This document shows positions 14,656 to 49,800 of a stretch of 64,000 nucleotides of DNA, piece by piece (within the stretch, counting starts at the first letter, position 1; every line of letters begins with the position of its first letter). Below the pieces are notes generated by a model, which did no database searches, was not told the origin of the DNA, and saw nothing but the letters and a program-made list of their open reading frames with translations. Source of the DNA: Chrysomallon squamiferum (lineage: Eukaryota; Animalia; Mollusca). The position numbers and the translations under genes were made by a program. The stretch spans positions 7,688,001 to 7,752,000 of the forward strand of contig CM022665.1 of the NCBI GenBank assembly GCA_012295275.1. Direction: 5' to 3'.

Positions 14656-16231
14656 TTTATAAAAAAAAAAAAAAAATTATATATATTTTTTTATTATTAT
14701 TATTTTATTATTGTTTTTTTTTTTTTATTGTTTTTTTTTTGGGAGAATGTGTGTCCAGAGTGGAAATACTTCTCGGAAAGAAATTTTGTGCTTAAGATTA
14801 TTAGGATAATTATCAGTAGTACTGTTCTGTTATACCGGTTACAAAATGTACTCAGCTTGACAAAGATCTGTTTCGTAGATGCAGTTGTGTGTGCGGTGCT
14901 GTCTGTAACAAAATTTATGTAAATAATCTGTTATTCAGCAGAAACAGGTGAAGGCATGTTTAATCTTTTAAAAATGAACTGGTATATCGTCTTCACAAAC
15001 ATGTTTTCGATTCTTCAGATGCCTGCGTTCTTTTTCAGTTAAAAAAAAAAAAAACTCAGAACATCCACAGTAGAATCTGATGCAGTATAACACATCATTT
15101 CCCTCTTGCATCGTATGATGATTATCAGTTAAATGCAAAATCGTCTGAATTTTCCCTTGCGCTTTATTTCCAATGGCCTCTAATCTTTTATTTTTATTAT
15201 TTTTATTTCTTTAATAACCGTAATGGATATTTCCAATGGTTTTATCCGCCAAACATACACACTGTTCTGGAAATATTTTGCTGCATATTCTAGAACACAG
15301 ACTACTTATATTCATTTTCCTTTTTTCTTTCTTTCTTCTTCTTCTTTTTCTTCTTTTTTATTTTTATTTTTCCCCCCACCTCAATATTTTCTTTTTATAA
15401 GAAAGTAGAAACAGCACAGTGAGAAATACAGATGACTTTTCAAGGGTTTATCATTCGATATTACGCGTTTGAGCATTAAAATGCCATATTTCTCAGCAGC
15501 CCATCGAAATAAAACCGGAGTCATACTGCTAATGTCAGTAATGAAATGATTGTCATTTAAAGATAGTTTCTGAACAAACACACAACTGAAGACGTCGTGT
15601 TGAGTACCAGATCTGCTGTAAATCGAGAATCAGGAAATGGAGGCGAAGGATGAAGCTGAAAGTAGCTCGTGGGAGACAGACTACTTTTGTATTGTTCTAC
15701 TGACATTAGTATTTGAATTAGTGGGAGTCTGCTATGTGTCTAAAGGGTGTCTTAATAATACAGTTCACACAGTACATTCCACATAATATATTTTTTAAAC
15801 TAAATACTTTTGCTAATATTAATCATATTTTTTGCTAGTTTTGTTATTTTTTAATGAAACTACCTCCTTTGATAGAAAATTTAAATAGAAAGATTTCTCG
15901 GTTCTCGAACTAATCACTACTCGAACAATTCGGTACTCGAACATATTGTAAACTCGGTTCTCAAACTGAAGGCATGTTTCTAGTTCATTAATCAAAGAAA
16001 TATGTTGAACATTTCTTTTAAAAAATATCACCCTGACAAATCCGTAGCAAACCGAAGCATAAACCTTTTCAATGACAATGTCATATTTTACATTTTAAAA
16101 CGCATAAACGAACCTCATAAAACAGATTTTTAGTGAAAATGAAGTTCAGTGAGTCCAAAGCAGGTTGTATTGATGTAAAGGGACAGAAAAGAGAGAAAAA
16201 TTACAAGAAGGAGTGTTACCTGACGTTTTTC

Positions 16232-16262
<31 letters not shown>

Positions 16263-17017
16263 TAAATATGTACAGCCAGAAAATAAATATATATATATGT
16301 ATGCAAGATCCGTGCATGCAAAGTATTTATTTTGAAACTGAAAACTTTAGGAATTTGGCTAAAATAGTAGAGTCGATCTAACTGGAAACGCTGCTTCTAC
16401 CAATTTCATTACAAAATGTTAAAATAACCATCGAAAGAAAAAGAACCGATGAACGGCACCCTTAAGCTATCCAGGGTTTCAACAAACGGACCTCAGTTTG
16501 TTTTGTTGGATGTCAGACATCGCTGCTAGGTCGCATGCAAAAGGTCGCTGGATAAATGTCTCTAACGCCTCTCCAGCGGCAACCTCTTGAGGTTCAAATT
16601 GGCTCATCTCGCCTGCAGGAGCTATGCTTTGTTGAGCAAGTAAACATTACACAAAGTCATTCTTCACAGTTCAGAGATTTCTCTCAATCATCTGTTACAG
16701 AAACTCATTTCATAAGGAAGCCGTATTAGTTGTTCAAACGTTCCAGCGTACCCCTCACTGCAAGGAACCCGCTCGACATCTCATTAGCAAACACCAACAG
16801 CCAGTTTGAATGAAACGTCTGATAAAAAAAAAAAAAAAAAAAAGGGGAAACCATATATTTTACGTGGCTCTTTTATTAAGCCATCGCTGCTGTTAGAAGT
16901 AGCCTTGACGATTTTGAACTGATTAATATCGCTCCAAGGTTTTCGATAATGCCGTTGTACTTTTTTTTCCCCTTCTACTTCTTCTTTTTTTTTTTTTAAA
17001 AAAAATTCTTTTATCAT

Positions 17018-17056
<39 letters not shown>

Positions 17057-17237
17057 ACCGTTAGAAAGAAAAATTCTATTTAAAATCTAGTTTTGTTATT
17101 GTTGGTTTGTTTTGTTTCTTTTCTTGTTTTCTTTCTTTCTTTTTATTTATTTTTAAACAAAACTGAAATAATCTAACAGATTAAAAAAGTTAATTTTTAT
17201 AGTTTTTATCTTCAATAATCTGATCCATATTAATATT

Positions 17238-17242
17238 ATTAT

Positions 17243-17279
<37 letters not shown>

Positions 17280-17292
17280 ACTACTACTACTG

Positions 17293-17331
<39 letters not shown>

Positions 17332-17345
17332 ATAATAATAATAGT
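17238..17345. repeat. Graded compound trinucleotide repeat (TTA)-(CTG)-(CTA)-(ATA)
   Basis: Directly visible. Confidence 0.93.
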
Positions 17346-19088
17346 AATTTTGTGCTCCTAAGTGGGCAATAATTTTAAAACATGTAGCAACAACAATAAA
17401 AATACAAAGATAAGAAAGGTACAGTCTGTGTGGCGCGGAAAAGGAAATTCTCGTCTGATTATTTCAACACGTGCTGTTAATGAAACATCGCCAGAGTTAG
17501 GATTTGAACAACCTGTACAAGGAAGGAAACATCTGAATTGTTCAAATATCTGCATATCCCGGCGGCTGGAAATGTTTAAAGACCAGACAGGTGCAAAAAT
17601 TGTTTCATTATGTGCAGAAGCATTAAAGTGAATCAACGTTATTCTGACTTGGCTTCTATCATGGGAAGAATTATCTCATTCTAACAAATGTCATTCCAAT
17701 GACAACTGAATAGTGGTTACTCATGCATTCCTCCCCACCCTTTAGTTTTATCCATTTTTTTTCTCTCTCCCTCTCTCTCTCTCTTTTTTTACGTTTGATT
17801 ACTTGAATATATTCTGGCACATTTAAAATTAACCAGACGGATATTTTACACATTTCTACATTATATATACGTGCAATAATAACGAAGAAAACGTATTTAT
17901 ACTATGCATATCCAGTGAATGAAAGCAAGGAAAATTTATTTATTTAACAAGACTCTCTATCACATTATTTCTCTTTATTTTGATTAAAAAATAAATAAAA
18001 ATAAAAATATTAAATAAAATAAAAAATTAAAAATTAATAGTAATAATAATTAATTGGCCAAGGACCAACTAAAATCAAGAGGATATCAGGTACCATTATG
18101 TGATTGGCTACTGTTTTTTATTTTATAAGTAGCATAAGTACTACTGCTTATATTACACTAGTTATGGAGCACAAGCGGAAACAAGAAAAAGCCCATCTTA
18201 TCAATGGACGGGATATCAAACCAAAATCATTAAAACTCAAAGCTGAAAAATATGGAATATTTAGATGAAGTAAATACTCGGTACTTAACAAAATAAAAAT
18301 GAAAAATCTAATTCCATAAATCCATTAAATAAATTAAAGTTGTTGCTCCTAGAAATCTAAGGATATTTTAAAGGGAGTTTTATAAATGAGCTTTCATGAA
18401 TTATTCATTTAATGAGAAACGTTCAACTCAGTGCCAAGTATGTGTGAATAAAACTGCATATGTCACCTCTATTCTTGACAGACATGATTTGGCTTTGCTT
18501 GCGGAATGACAGAAATTTAATTGTACGGTGGAGAGAAAAAAAAAAAAAAAAACCGCAGATAATAGCTGATTAAAGATTGACAGGCTCCAACACATTGTTT
18601 GGATTTTACTTTTCATTCTATAAATTACTTTAAATTAAACTTAAATAATAGCCTTGTCTGTTGAGTGGAATACTTGATGACAGCTAAAATACAGAGGTGT
18701 GAATCTCTTTTTTCACAAAGCCTTTTCGTGATGACACCTTTTTACGACAATTATTTCAAAATTTATAGTCCATGTGAAACTATTCGAGTTAAAAAGATCA
18801 AACCACTCTCAAAATATTACGTCTAGACTGTTATGATCTCTGTTGAGAATAACCACCACACTATAACAATATACGCAGGCTTTTTGCTCTCTCAGTGTAA
18901 ACACCATAAAGTGTCTGTGAGGCTGATTTTCACTGGCCGTTATTTCAATACTCATGTGTAATCTTATTCCTGATGTTAGAAGTTTGGACATTATATTGCA
19001 TCTCTGTTTAAAATGATTCACTAGTGTACATTAAATAAATTTTAAAGTTTGTATAATTAGATATTTCTCCTCAACTCAGCAAAAGCCA

Positions 19089-19126
<38 letters not shown>

Positions 19127-20755
19127 CTTCAAATAATATAATTTAATAATAATACTATAATATGCAACAATATAATATTAAATTTAAGAAAACTACATAT
19201 ATTATTACTATTCAGCAAAAAATTTGTCATTTATTTTCATCTAAAATTACTGGATAAAAATATTTTTTTCTTTTATAATTCCATTACAACATTTTTATTT
19301 ACACAAGTTTTTCTCCCTCAAATACATGCAGAACTGTACATCTTGTGACAATTGTTTTTATTCATTAACAGATATAACAGTCTATGATACAATAAAGCAG
19401 TCCGCAACAATACAACATTGATAATAATAATAATAGTAAAAATCAAGCTGCAGTCCTTGAGTTGAAAGATTAGTGACTTAGATACTGTAACAAGTACAAA
19501 TATGCCATTCCAGTGAGCAAATGAAATGGATGTTGTAAAAACTATACATGCATAATTAATACACATTTCAGACTGTACAAGATAATATATTTACAATGTA
19601 ACTGTTAACAATTTAACATGTTTACTAATTACCTCTGTTTTGTATCAATGTTGACACAATTCACAGAATCATGTTGCTTTATAACAATATTTGAACTCAA
19701 CAAAGGTTAAAGTAACTAAAATAAACATAATGACCAGTAACTAGATATACAAGTATTAAGACTGCAGAGGTTTCAATGCATAAAATTTACAAATCTTACA
19801 AATACTAAAACTAATGGACTGGTTAAAATAAATTTAAAAGAAAAAAAGACGGACAAAAGTATATATGGTTAAGAGTTAGCTACCTCAGATTATTAAGGCT
19901 TACAGAGGAATATAATATAATTTTTTTTTTTTTTTTTTTAAATAAGCTAGTTCTTAAACCAAGCCAATATAGATCAAGCTAATGCCAAAAAAACATATTT
20001 CTAATACCAGAATGTTACATTTGGTTTTAATGATATTGCAGTAAAAAGATAACCACTCTGCCACACTTTGAAAACATATATGTAACTTCAGTTAGAAGGT
20101 GATTGAACATATACAAATTCATGACCATCTATCACAAGATTTACTAAGAATAAATTACAAGAGAAATAATGTTACTGTTGACAAAAATGCCAGAAAAAGC
20201 CACGTTTAAATAGTTTTATTAATGTCTTAATATCGTTATAAATTAAATAACATGACTATTAAAACAAAACTATTTCAGTCAACAGTAATTATAATAAAAT
20301 AACAAATTACTTAAAATAATTAAGCAATTCTTGAAACCATGTTTTAAAAAAAATATATATATATATACATAAATAAAAATAAACTTTCCACAAAACAACA
20401 AATTTATTTGTTAACCAAACTTTCGGTTAAAACGATGTAAAAATGGTTTTATCATGGTTTCTAAAAAATCCTTGCATTATGCAAGAAAAATATGTGCTTT
20501 CAGAACAATCAGAATGGTTCGTTTAATATTTTCCATTTTGATTTACATCACCAGTTATTCCACCTGAATAAAAATGTCTGTACATATTTACAACAGTTTT
20601 TAAAAATGTGTTTTCTCACTTTATTAATGTTAACAACATCCAGTAATTTCACTCAGGGTGTCATGTACTTCTGCTAGACACCAATCTTTCAGATAAAAGG
20701 TACCAGCTACCAGATGTAGTTTCCGTATTTCCAGGAAAGGCAATCATGTCACGTA

Positions 20756-42857
<22,102 letters not shown>

Positions 42858-43095
42858 AATGTCGGTGTTTCAGATTGCATTGAAAAGCTAAGGTTTCTGT
42901 GCAAAACGGCTGATTATTAATCGGAAAAGAATTATTTTACACCTTACAAAATAATCAAAAGAAAACATTTCCCCAGTGCCATTAAAGGACAGTAACTCTG
43001 ACAAATATTTGTATTTGATATTCTTTCCTCCCTGCTGAAGCACCCTAGAGTTCAAAATTAAAACAAACCAAAAAACAAACAAACAAACAAATAAA

Positions 43096-43143
<48 letters not shown>

Positions 43144-43213
43144 TCCTACGATTTTTTTATTTAATTTTTATTGCATTGTTTTGTTTGTTTATTTGTTTTT
43201 TATGTTGTTGTTG

Positions 43214-43295
<82 letters not shown>

Positions 43296-43644
43296 AAATA
43301 CACGATAAAAAAAAAACAGTGGTGTTTAGAATTATGAAAAATGTATAATTAATAAAAAGGATCACAGTTCAATTTATTTAAATGGGAAATAAAATATTTT
43401 ATTAAATTCATATCTTTTTTTTTTTTGTGGGATCAGAAATCACTAATGTTGACTGCTAATATCAAATGTAAACAGTTTACATTAAACTGATAGTTTCAGA
43501 TTATATACATAAACTGTTATTTAATCTAATCTTTATTTCATAACATTTGGGTACATTGCGGTATTGTTTGGTCATCTAATCAAAATACATTTGCATCTTT
43601 TGCTACTACGCCTCCAGTCAAAGTAGCAACCTTTTACTGATGTA
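42858..43644. promoter_or_regulatory. Probable bidirectional promoter shared by TAK1 and PAXBP1
   Basis: Divergent start codons flank 787 bp; CpGs are locally retained near both first exons; central (TAA)n and (TC)n tracts. Confidence 0.7.
43098..43291. repeat. (TAA)n and (TC)n microsatellites within the bidirectional promoter
   Basis: Directly visible. Confidence 0.95.
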
Positions 43645-43876
43645 ATGCAAATGGCGACGATGTTTAAGAAACCTAAACGCAATTTTCGCCGCAAACTTGT
43701 GTCTGAAAGTGATTCGGACCAAGAAAATGACAGTAAAAAAGATTCAAAAAGTGAAGAAAAGAAAGACGAACTGATAGAGATTTCTACAAGCAAAGATAAT
43801 GATAAAGCATCTAGAAAAAAGAAGCGCGAAAAGGAAGCGGCTGCAAAAATTACTCTTAGTTTTCATGACGAGGAAG
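43645..43876 (+). CDS. PAXBP1: PAXBP1 exon 1
   Basis: MQMATMFKKPKRNFRRK...LSFHDEE; donor G|gtaagt. Confidence 0.9.
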
Positions 43877-46800
43877 GTAAGTTTATATTATTAATGTATT
43901 GATAATAATTTATTGCGATTTGTCATTTCTACTATCAATATTAGATCAGAATAATCTAGTATATAATACCAAATGCCAAAGTAATGCAAAAAATATTTTG
44001 TCTTCATTCAAAAATTGCATCTAATGCAAGTGCAGAGTGGGAGTCAGATTCGAGATTGACAGTTCTGAAAATTCAGATTGCCTGAATCGTGCATTTTAGA
44101 TCTGGATCTTGTCATGTAAGGTTTTTTCTGCTTTAGCAGTTACTAGACATGTAAAAAAGATTATACTGATATAAAACTAAGCACATTTTATATTGTCATA
44201 TAAGCATATTTTTCCTTTTTATAATCACTTTATGATTATTACTAACATACAAAGACTGTTTTACGTATCAGCATATGTACTTATTAATTATTATCCTTTT
44301 TGTATTAGAAGAGACAGAAACATTCCAGGTTAAAAAATCAAACCATAGCAAACGAGTTGCAAAACAGTTAAAGAAGGAAACTTTGAAAGAGAAAAAGAAT
44401 GATAAACCTGCAAGTCCACAGCTGAAAACAGAGAATAATTCTGACACAAGTGAAGAACTTGCAGAAGAAAAACTCAGGGTACAGATTTAATAGTCATTAA
44501 TTACTGACAAAAAGAATGTTAATGTTGTTAAATTAACTGGATTTCTACTTGGTGAATCAATAAATAAATAAACATTGAGCAGATGTAAGTGTATTTAGAA
44601 AGACTGAATAGTATTATTCCTAAAGTGTTACCATGTTATCTATCTTTGATAAAGAAAAAGGTCTATTAATATCCCATGTCAATTAACATAAAATATGGAA
44701 TCACATTCTATATTTTCAGTATGTTAATAATTAATTACTGTAACTGTTACAGACACTTACATTTTTCAGTGAGGCTTATTTAACCAAAATAAATTCAGTT
44801 GAAATAAAATCAAATTTCAGAAACTACGAGAAGAAATAAGAATATTAAATGGAGATGATGAAGAAGAAGAGGAAAGTGATGAAGAAAATGGACACACTTT
44901 CAGATCTATATTAGCACGTATGTACTGCTAATGAAATACACTTCAATCATTTTTCTTTTTTAAAATTGTTTTTAAATTTTATCTTTTATAACTTTATATT
45001 TAATTTTCACTATGGTTATTACTATCACTGAACTGACTTACTGAACATTTTTATATATGTGTATGTGTGTATACATATATGTTTTAGCCATGTAAATAAG
45101 GTGTTTGAGAATTATCCTTTATTTCAGTGTGACACTGAGAAACATACTATTTTACTTATGGATGTACAGTAACTAGAGGTACCAGCAGCCTGACTAACAT
45201 AACTGGACAAAGCTGTTAAAAGTGCAGATTTTCACTATTTTCCTCCACTCTCATATCCCTTCTATAAAACCTAATATGAAAAACAAATATATGGATATAA
45301 AGATCATTATTTGTTCTTTTAAATAACAGTATTGTTTTTGTTGTATGTTAAATCATTCTTTGTACAAGAATGTTAAACAAACTCTGCTCTCCGTGGTCAG
45401 CTGTTCTCATAGAGTAAAAAGCCCTAAAATGGTGTCACTCTGTAAATGCACAGCTTAACTATGCGAAAGTCACTTCAGTGTTATTTTTAGCATAACCATG
45501 AAGGTCAAAGCTCAGCCTTTCTACCAGTGTGTCAGTTGTCGCTGGCAGTGTCTTATATCAAAAATTTATTTTTTGCTTGCCTTCAAACCAAATTTTTAAA
45601 ATATTGGCTAAAAAGAAACCCTACAAACTCATAATCAAATGAAAGCTTATTCAGTTACTTTTTAAAAAATGTGGAACACTATGTTATGACATCTTTGGTG
45701 ACAAACAGCTGTGCATTCAAAGTAGCAAGTATATGGCAAAGTTACTGTAAATTCTTTTTCCTACTGGACCAAATTGCCGTAGATTTTATATGCAACTGGA
45801 AAGAACTGGCACTGTTTAAAATGATTATATTTATCTGTAATGTATATTTTTAATAACTTCTATGTTGCATGTTTTTCTTCAGTGTTCAGTGTATATACTA
45901 TGTATTGTATGAATAGCAAAATAACTGCAAATTCTGTTTCCTACTGGGCCAAATTGCCATAGATTTTATGTGCAATTAGAAAGGAATGGCAGTGTTTAAA
46001 ATGATTATATTTAAATGTTGTTTATATTTTTAATAACTTGTAGTGTGCATGTTTTTCTTCTGTGTTCAGACTTTTGCTGTATATACTATAAATATGTTCA
46101 GAAATAAATAAATGTCATGTTTTGCCAATTACTCTCTCTTCCACTCTTGTGATAAACAGCAAATTAAGAATCATAAACATAACAAACAATACTACACAAC
46201 ATTACAGTGCATTCTGTGTGTCCAAGTACAAGCAGTATTCATAAAATGCTGAATAAAAAAAACTAATCACTCTTTTGATATCATAAAATAATAAATTGAT
46301 CAGTTTTAAAACTTAGATTATTTTTTCTTCAAGTGTTGATTAAATCCATCAGAGAAAATATTAGCAATGGTCAGATGATACTTAACTTTTGTTTGCAGTC
46401 AAATCACAACAAGTACAAAGCTACAAAAATTATTTTATGTGTCTGCTTCAGAAGACAGACTTATCACACCAGTGTCTTTAATTGCCTTTAGTCTCTTGAT
46501 TACATACACTTTATTGCTCCTAATTAGTATGTATAACACCTTTCTGGAGTAGGCTTCATGGATTAATTGACTCTATGTATTGCAGAGGATTATAGTTAAA
46601 CATCAAAAAGATTCAAATGCTTGTAGTCCTCTTAAATAACATTTATAGATAGATAGATAGATATATGCACATCACATAATTTAACTTATTAGAATATTAC
46701 CACTGATTATTTAATATACTTGCAGTGAAAAATCAAGCTACTTCAGTACTTGTGTAAATAAAGTTGTACTGTATTATATAAAGGTGTTTGAGCCTATATC

Positions 46801-49800
46801 ATTTTTTTTTTTTTTTTTTCTTCTTTTTTAAATGGCACCACTGTGTCATTTAACCATCTTAAAATGCAATAAGACTCTTAAATAAAATGAATCCGAAGTA
46901 TATTATTTGAAAAATCTGAACAAATTGTTCACAATGCTGGTTGAATTTGTGAAATGAGATGAAAACAGAAACCACAGAGTTCTTTGTACTTTCAGTCATT
47001 TTAGTGGCATTCTGCAGCTTTCCATTTGGACAAATACGGCATGTTCAGCATGTTACTGTCAACATGTAGATAAACTTGCAAGTCTGCAAAAAATCGTTTA
47101 TTTAACAAGTTGTCCCCAACACTCTTGTTTTTTTTTATATCAGTTATTTTTCAAACATCAGTTGGCCAAAGTCACTCTTCTTTCAGAATGCCACAATATG
47201 GCAAAAAACAGGCCAATTACCTATGGTACTGATTTGCATGTATCATTTGAACCAATAGAGACCGACATAGTTTTTTGTATGTTTAGTTTTTTTTTTCTCT
47301 AGCTTTCATTTTCTACTTATTTCTTCTTTTTTTTTTTTTTTTTTTTTTACATATTATATAAAATTAAATTAATTAAAAATTAAATTAATTACAAAAATTA
47401 GGCAGATTAATAATTATTTTTTTAATGTTGGAAATAAAGGAAGTATTTTATTAATTTTCCCATGTATTTAAGTATATAAAAAAAAAAAAAAATTAAAACG
47501 GAAAATGAAAACCCAACGCACTGGAATAATGTGTAAAATTATTTTGTCACAAATAAAACATGTTTTTCATTGTGTTGAAATGTTTCTTTTTAGGTGGAGA
47601 AATACCTGATGCTAGAACTATTCATATGATAAGAAAGCAGCGCCAGTACAAACGAGAACAAGGAGATGACATCATTCCACTAGAAGAACCTGCTGACAGA
47701 AAAAGCACAACAGCTAGACTTGTCAGGTTTGTGAATCATGTGTAAACCTTTTTTCAGTTTTCCTGAAGTTAATCAGTTGTCTCATACCATTTTTTGATCA
47801 TGTTGTAATTTGACATTAATATTTAATGTACGTGTACAACAAGTATTAATTCTTGGACAAAAATAATTCATACGCCTTGTTTAAATAAAAACTTGTGCTT
47901 TATCTGCCCTTGATTTCTTAGAATAAACAAATGAAGAAATGTATATGTATAGAATTTATTTCTTATGACAGAGATGATGAACATGACAGGAGTGATGAAG
48001 AAGATGAGGATGAGAAGAGAATTGATTTTACAGTGAACATAGCAGCCATAGAAAGACAGAAAATGAGAGATGATTTTCTTGCAGCTGAGCATGGTGAATG
48101 CTAAATTATTATACTTTTTGTTGTTTCATTGCTGGATAGTTCAACTAATTGATTATACCAGCAACATCAATAAATAATTTTTGTATAATTGAGGAGCTTT
48201 TCAGAAATTTTTTATTTTTTTAATTGTTCATTATTGAATAATATACAAAATTGGGAGACAGTGCATACTTGTTGTTTTTAAGTGTTGAGATGTAATTGAT
48301 TTTATTCAGGGAGTGATAATGAAGCCAGTGATGAAGATCAGAAACAATGGGAGGCTGAACTCATTAGGAAAGCTGTCACAGCTGTTGTACCTTTCCCAGA
48401 GGTGAGAAACGTAATTAAAATTTAAAACACATAAGTTTTTTATTTCATTTTATGATGCATACTCTACTTGCTTCAGAAAATTATTTTTTATTTTTTATAT
48501 AACTACTGTGGAAAGACACCAAAATTTTAATCATATGCTTCATACAGCTGTTATTTATATGGTTTTTTGAACTCTGAAATGGTATTTAAATCTAGTATGT
48601 TGTTTTCTGTAAATGTCATCAAAACCCATAGTAACTGGCAACATCACAGTTTACTGCAGAATGCTTAATTCTCTACAGCAATTTATTTTTGTGTTAAGTC
48701 TATTTTTAAAAAGCTACAGTATTAATACGATTATTAAAAATCAGCTAATTTCAGACACTATATATATATATTATTATTTTTTTCCCCCATTATTTGTGAA
48801 GCAGACTACCACTGTTGCAGAAAATTATCCCAACAGCTATTCAAATAGCAGTACATTGTATGAGACTGTGGCAACAGGTATTACTACTACCGAACCAAGG
48901 ATGCCTAGTTTTCAAGCCTTTAAACCAATGTCCACAACCACTGATCCTGCTGAAATTACTATGGAATCTGTAACAAAAAGACTAAAGGACAGGTATTTTA
49001 TTGTGATCATTTTTCTGTCATATCAGTAAAATAATATATTTTGCTTTTCAAAGGTCCATGATACAGCTGATGTATTTGAAGGAGTATATATATAAATATT
49101 ACAGTATATCAATTTGTTGAATGTTATGCAAGACTAAATTCTTGTGTAAACAGCAAAGTACCATTTTCTTATTAACTTCCTTTAAGAAAAATATATAACT
49201 AGTTTTTGGGTGTGTTTTTTTGAGAGCTATGTTTATTCATGTTAATTTTTCTGTAGCAGTTGTTTGTTTGGGTTTTTCAATTTTTATCATTAACTTAGAA
49301 ATGGCAGTCATTTTCTGTAAGTATTATTTACAAAATTATTGTATGAAAAGAATCTAAATAATTAAATATAGAATGAAAAGATATTAATTTTTTTAATATA
49401 ATACATTATCTGGATAAATAACATTTTAAATCCTTTAGTTTTACATCTTGTATAGTGAAAATAGTTTGTAATAGTTGTTGGGATATCTTCACTTACAGAT
49501 ATGTAGAAATATATGTATTTTCAGACTAGAATCTATGGATGAGGTTTATCGTGGACACAAAATGGAGACTGACAAGCTGGCCATTAACCTTGAGGACACT
49601 GCTAAAAGCATTGAGGAATGTGATGGGAAATCTTCCAGTTTGGAAGAACGTTATCAGTTCTTTCAAGAAATGAGGGGGTATGTGAGAGACTTGGTTGAAT
49701 GTCTAAATGAGAAGGTGGGTTTATAATGCTGTTCTTTGGGTGGATATTTGATGTTGGTAGATGGGGAGGGTTCTGCTTAGTCTCATGAATGAAATAAACA

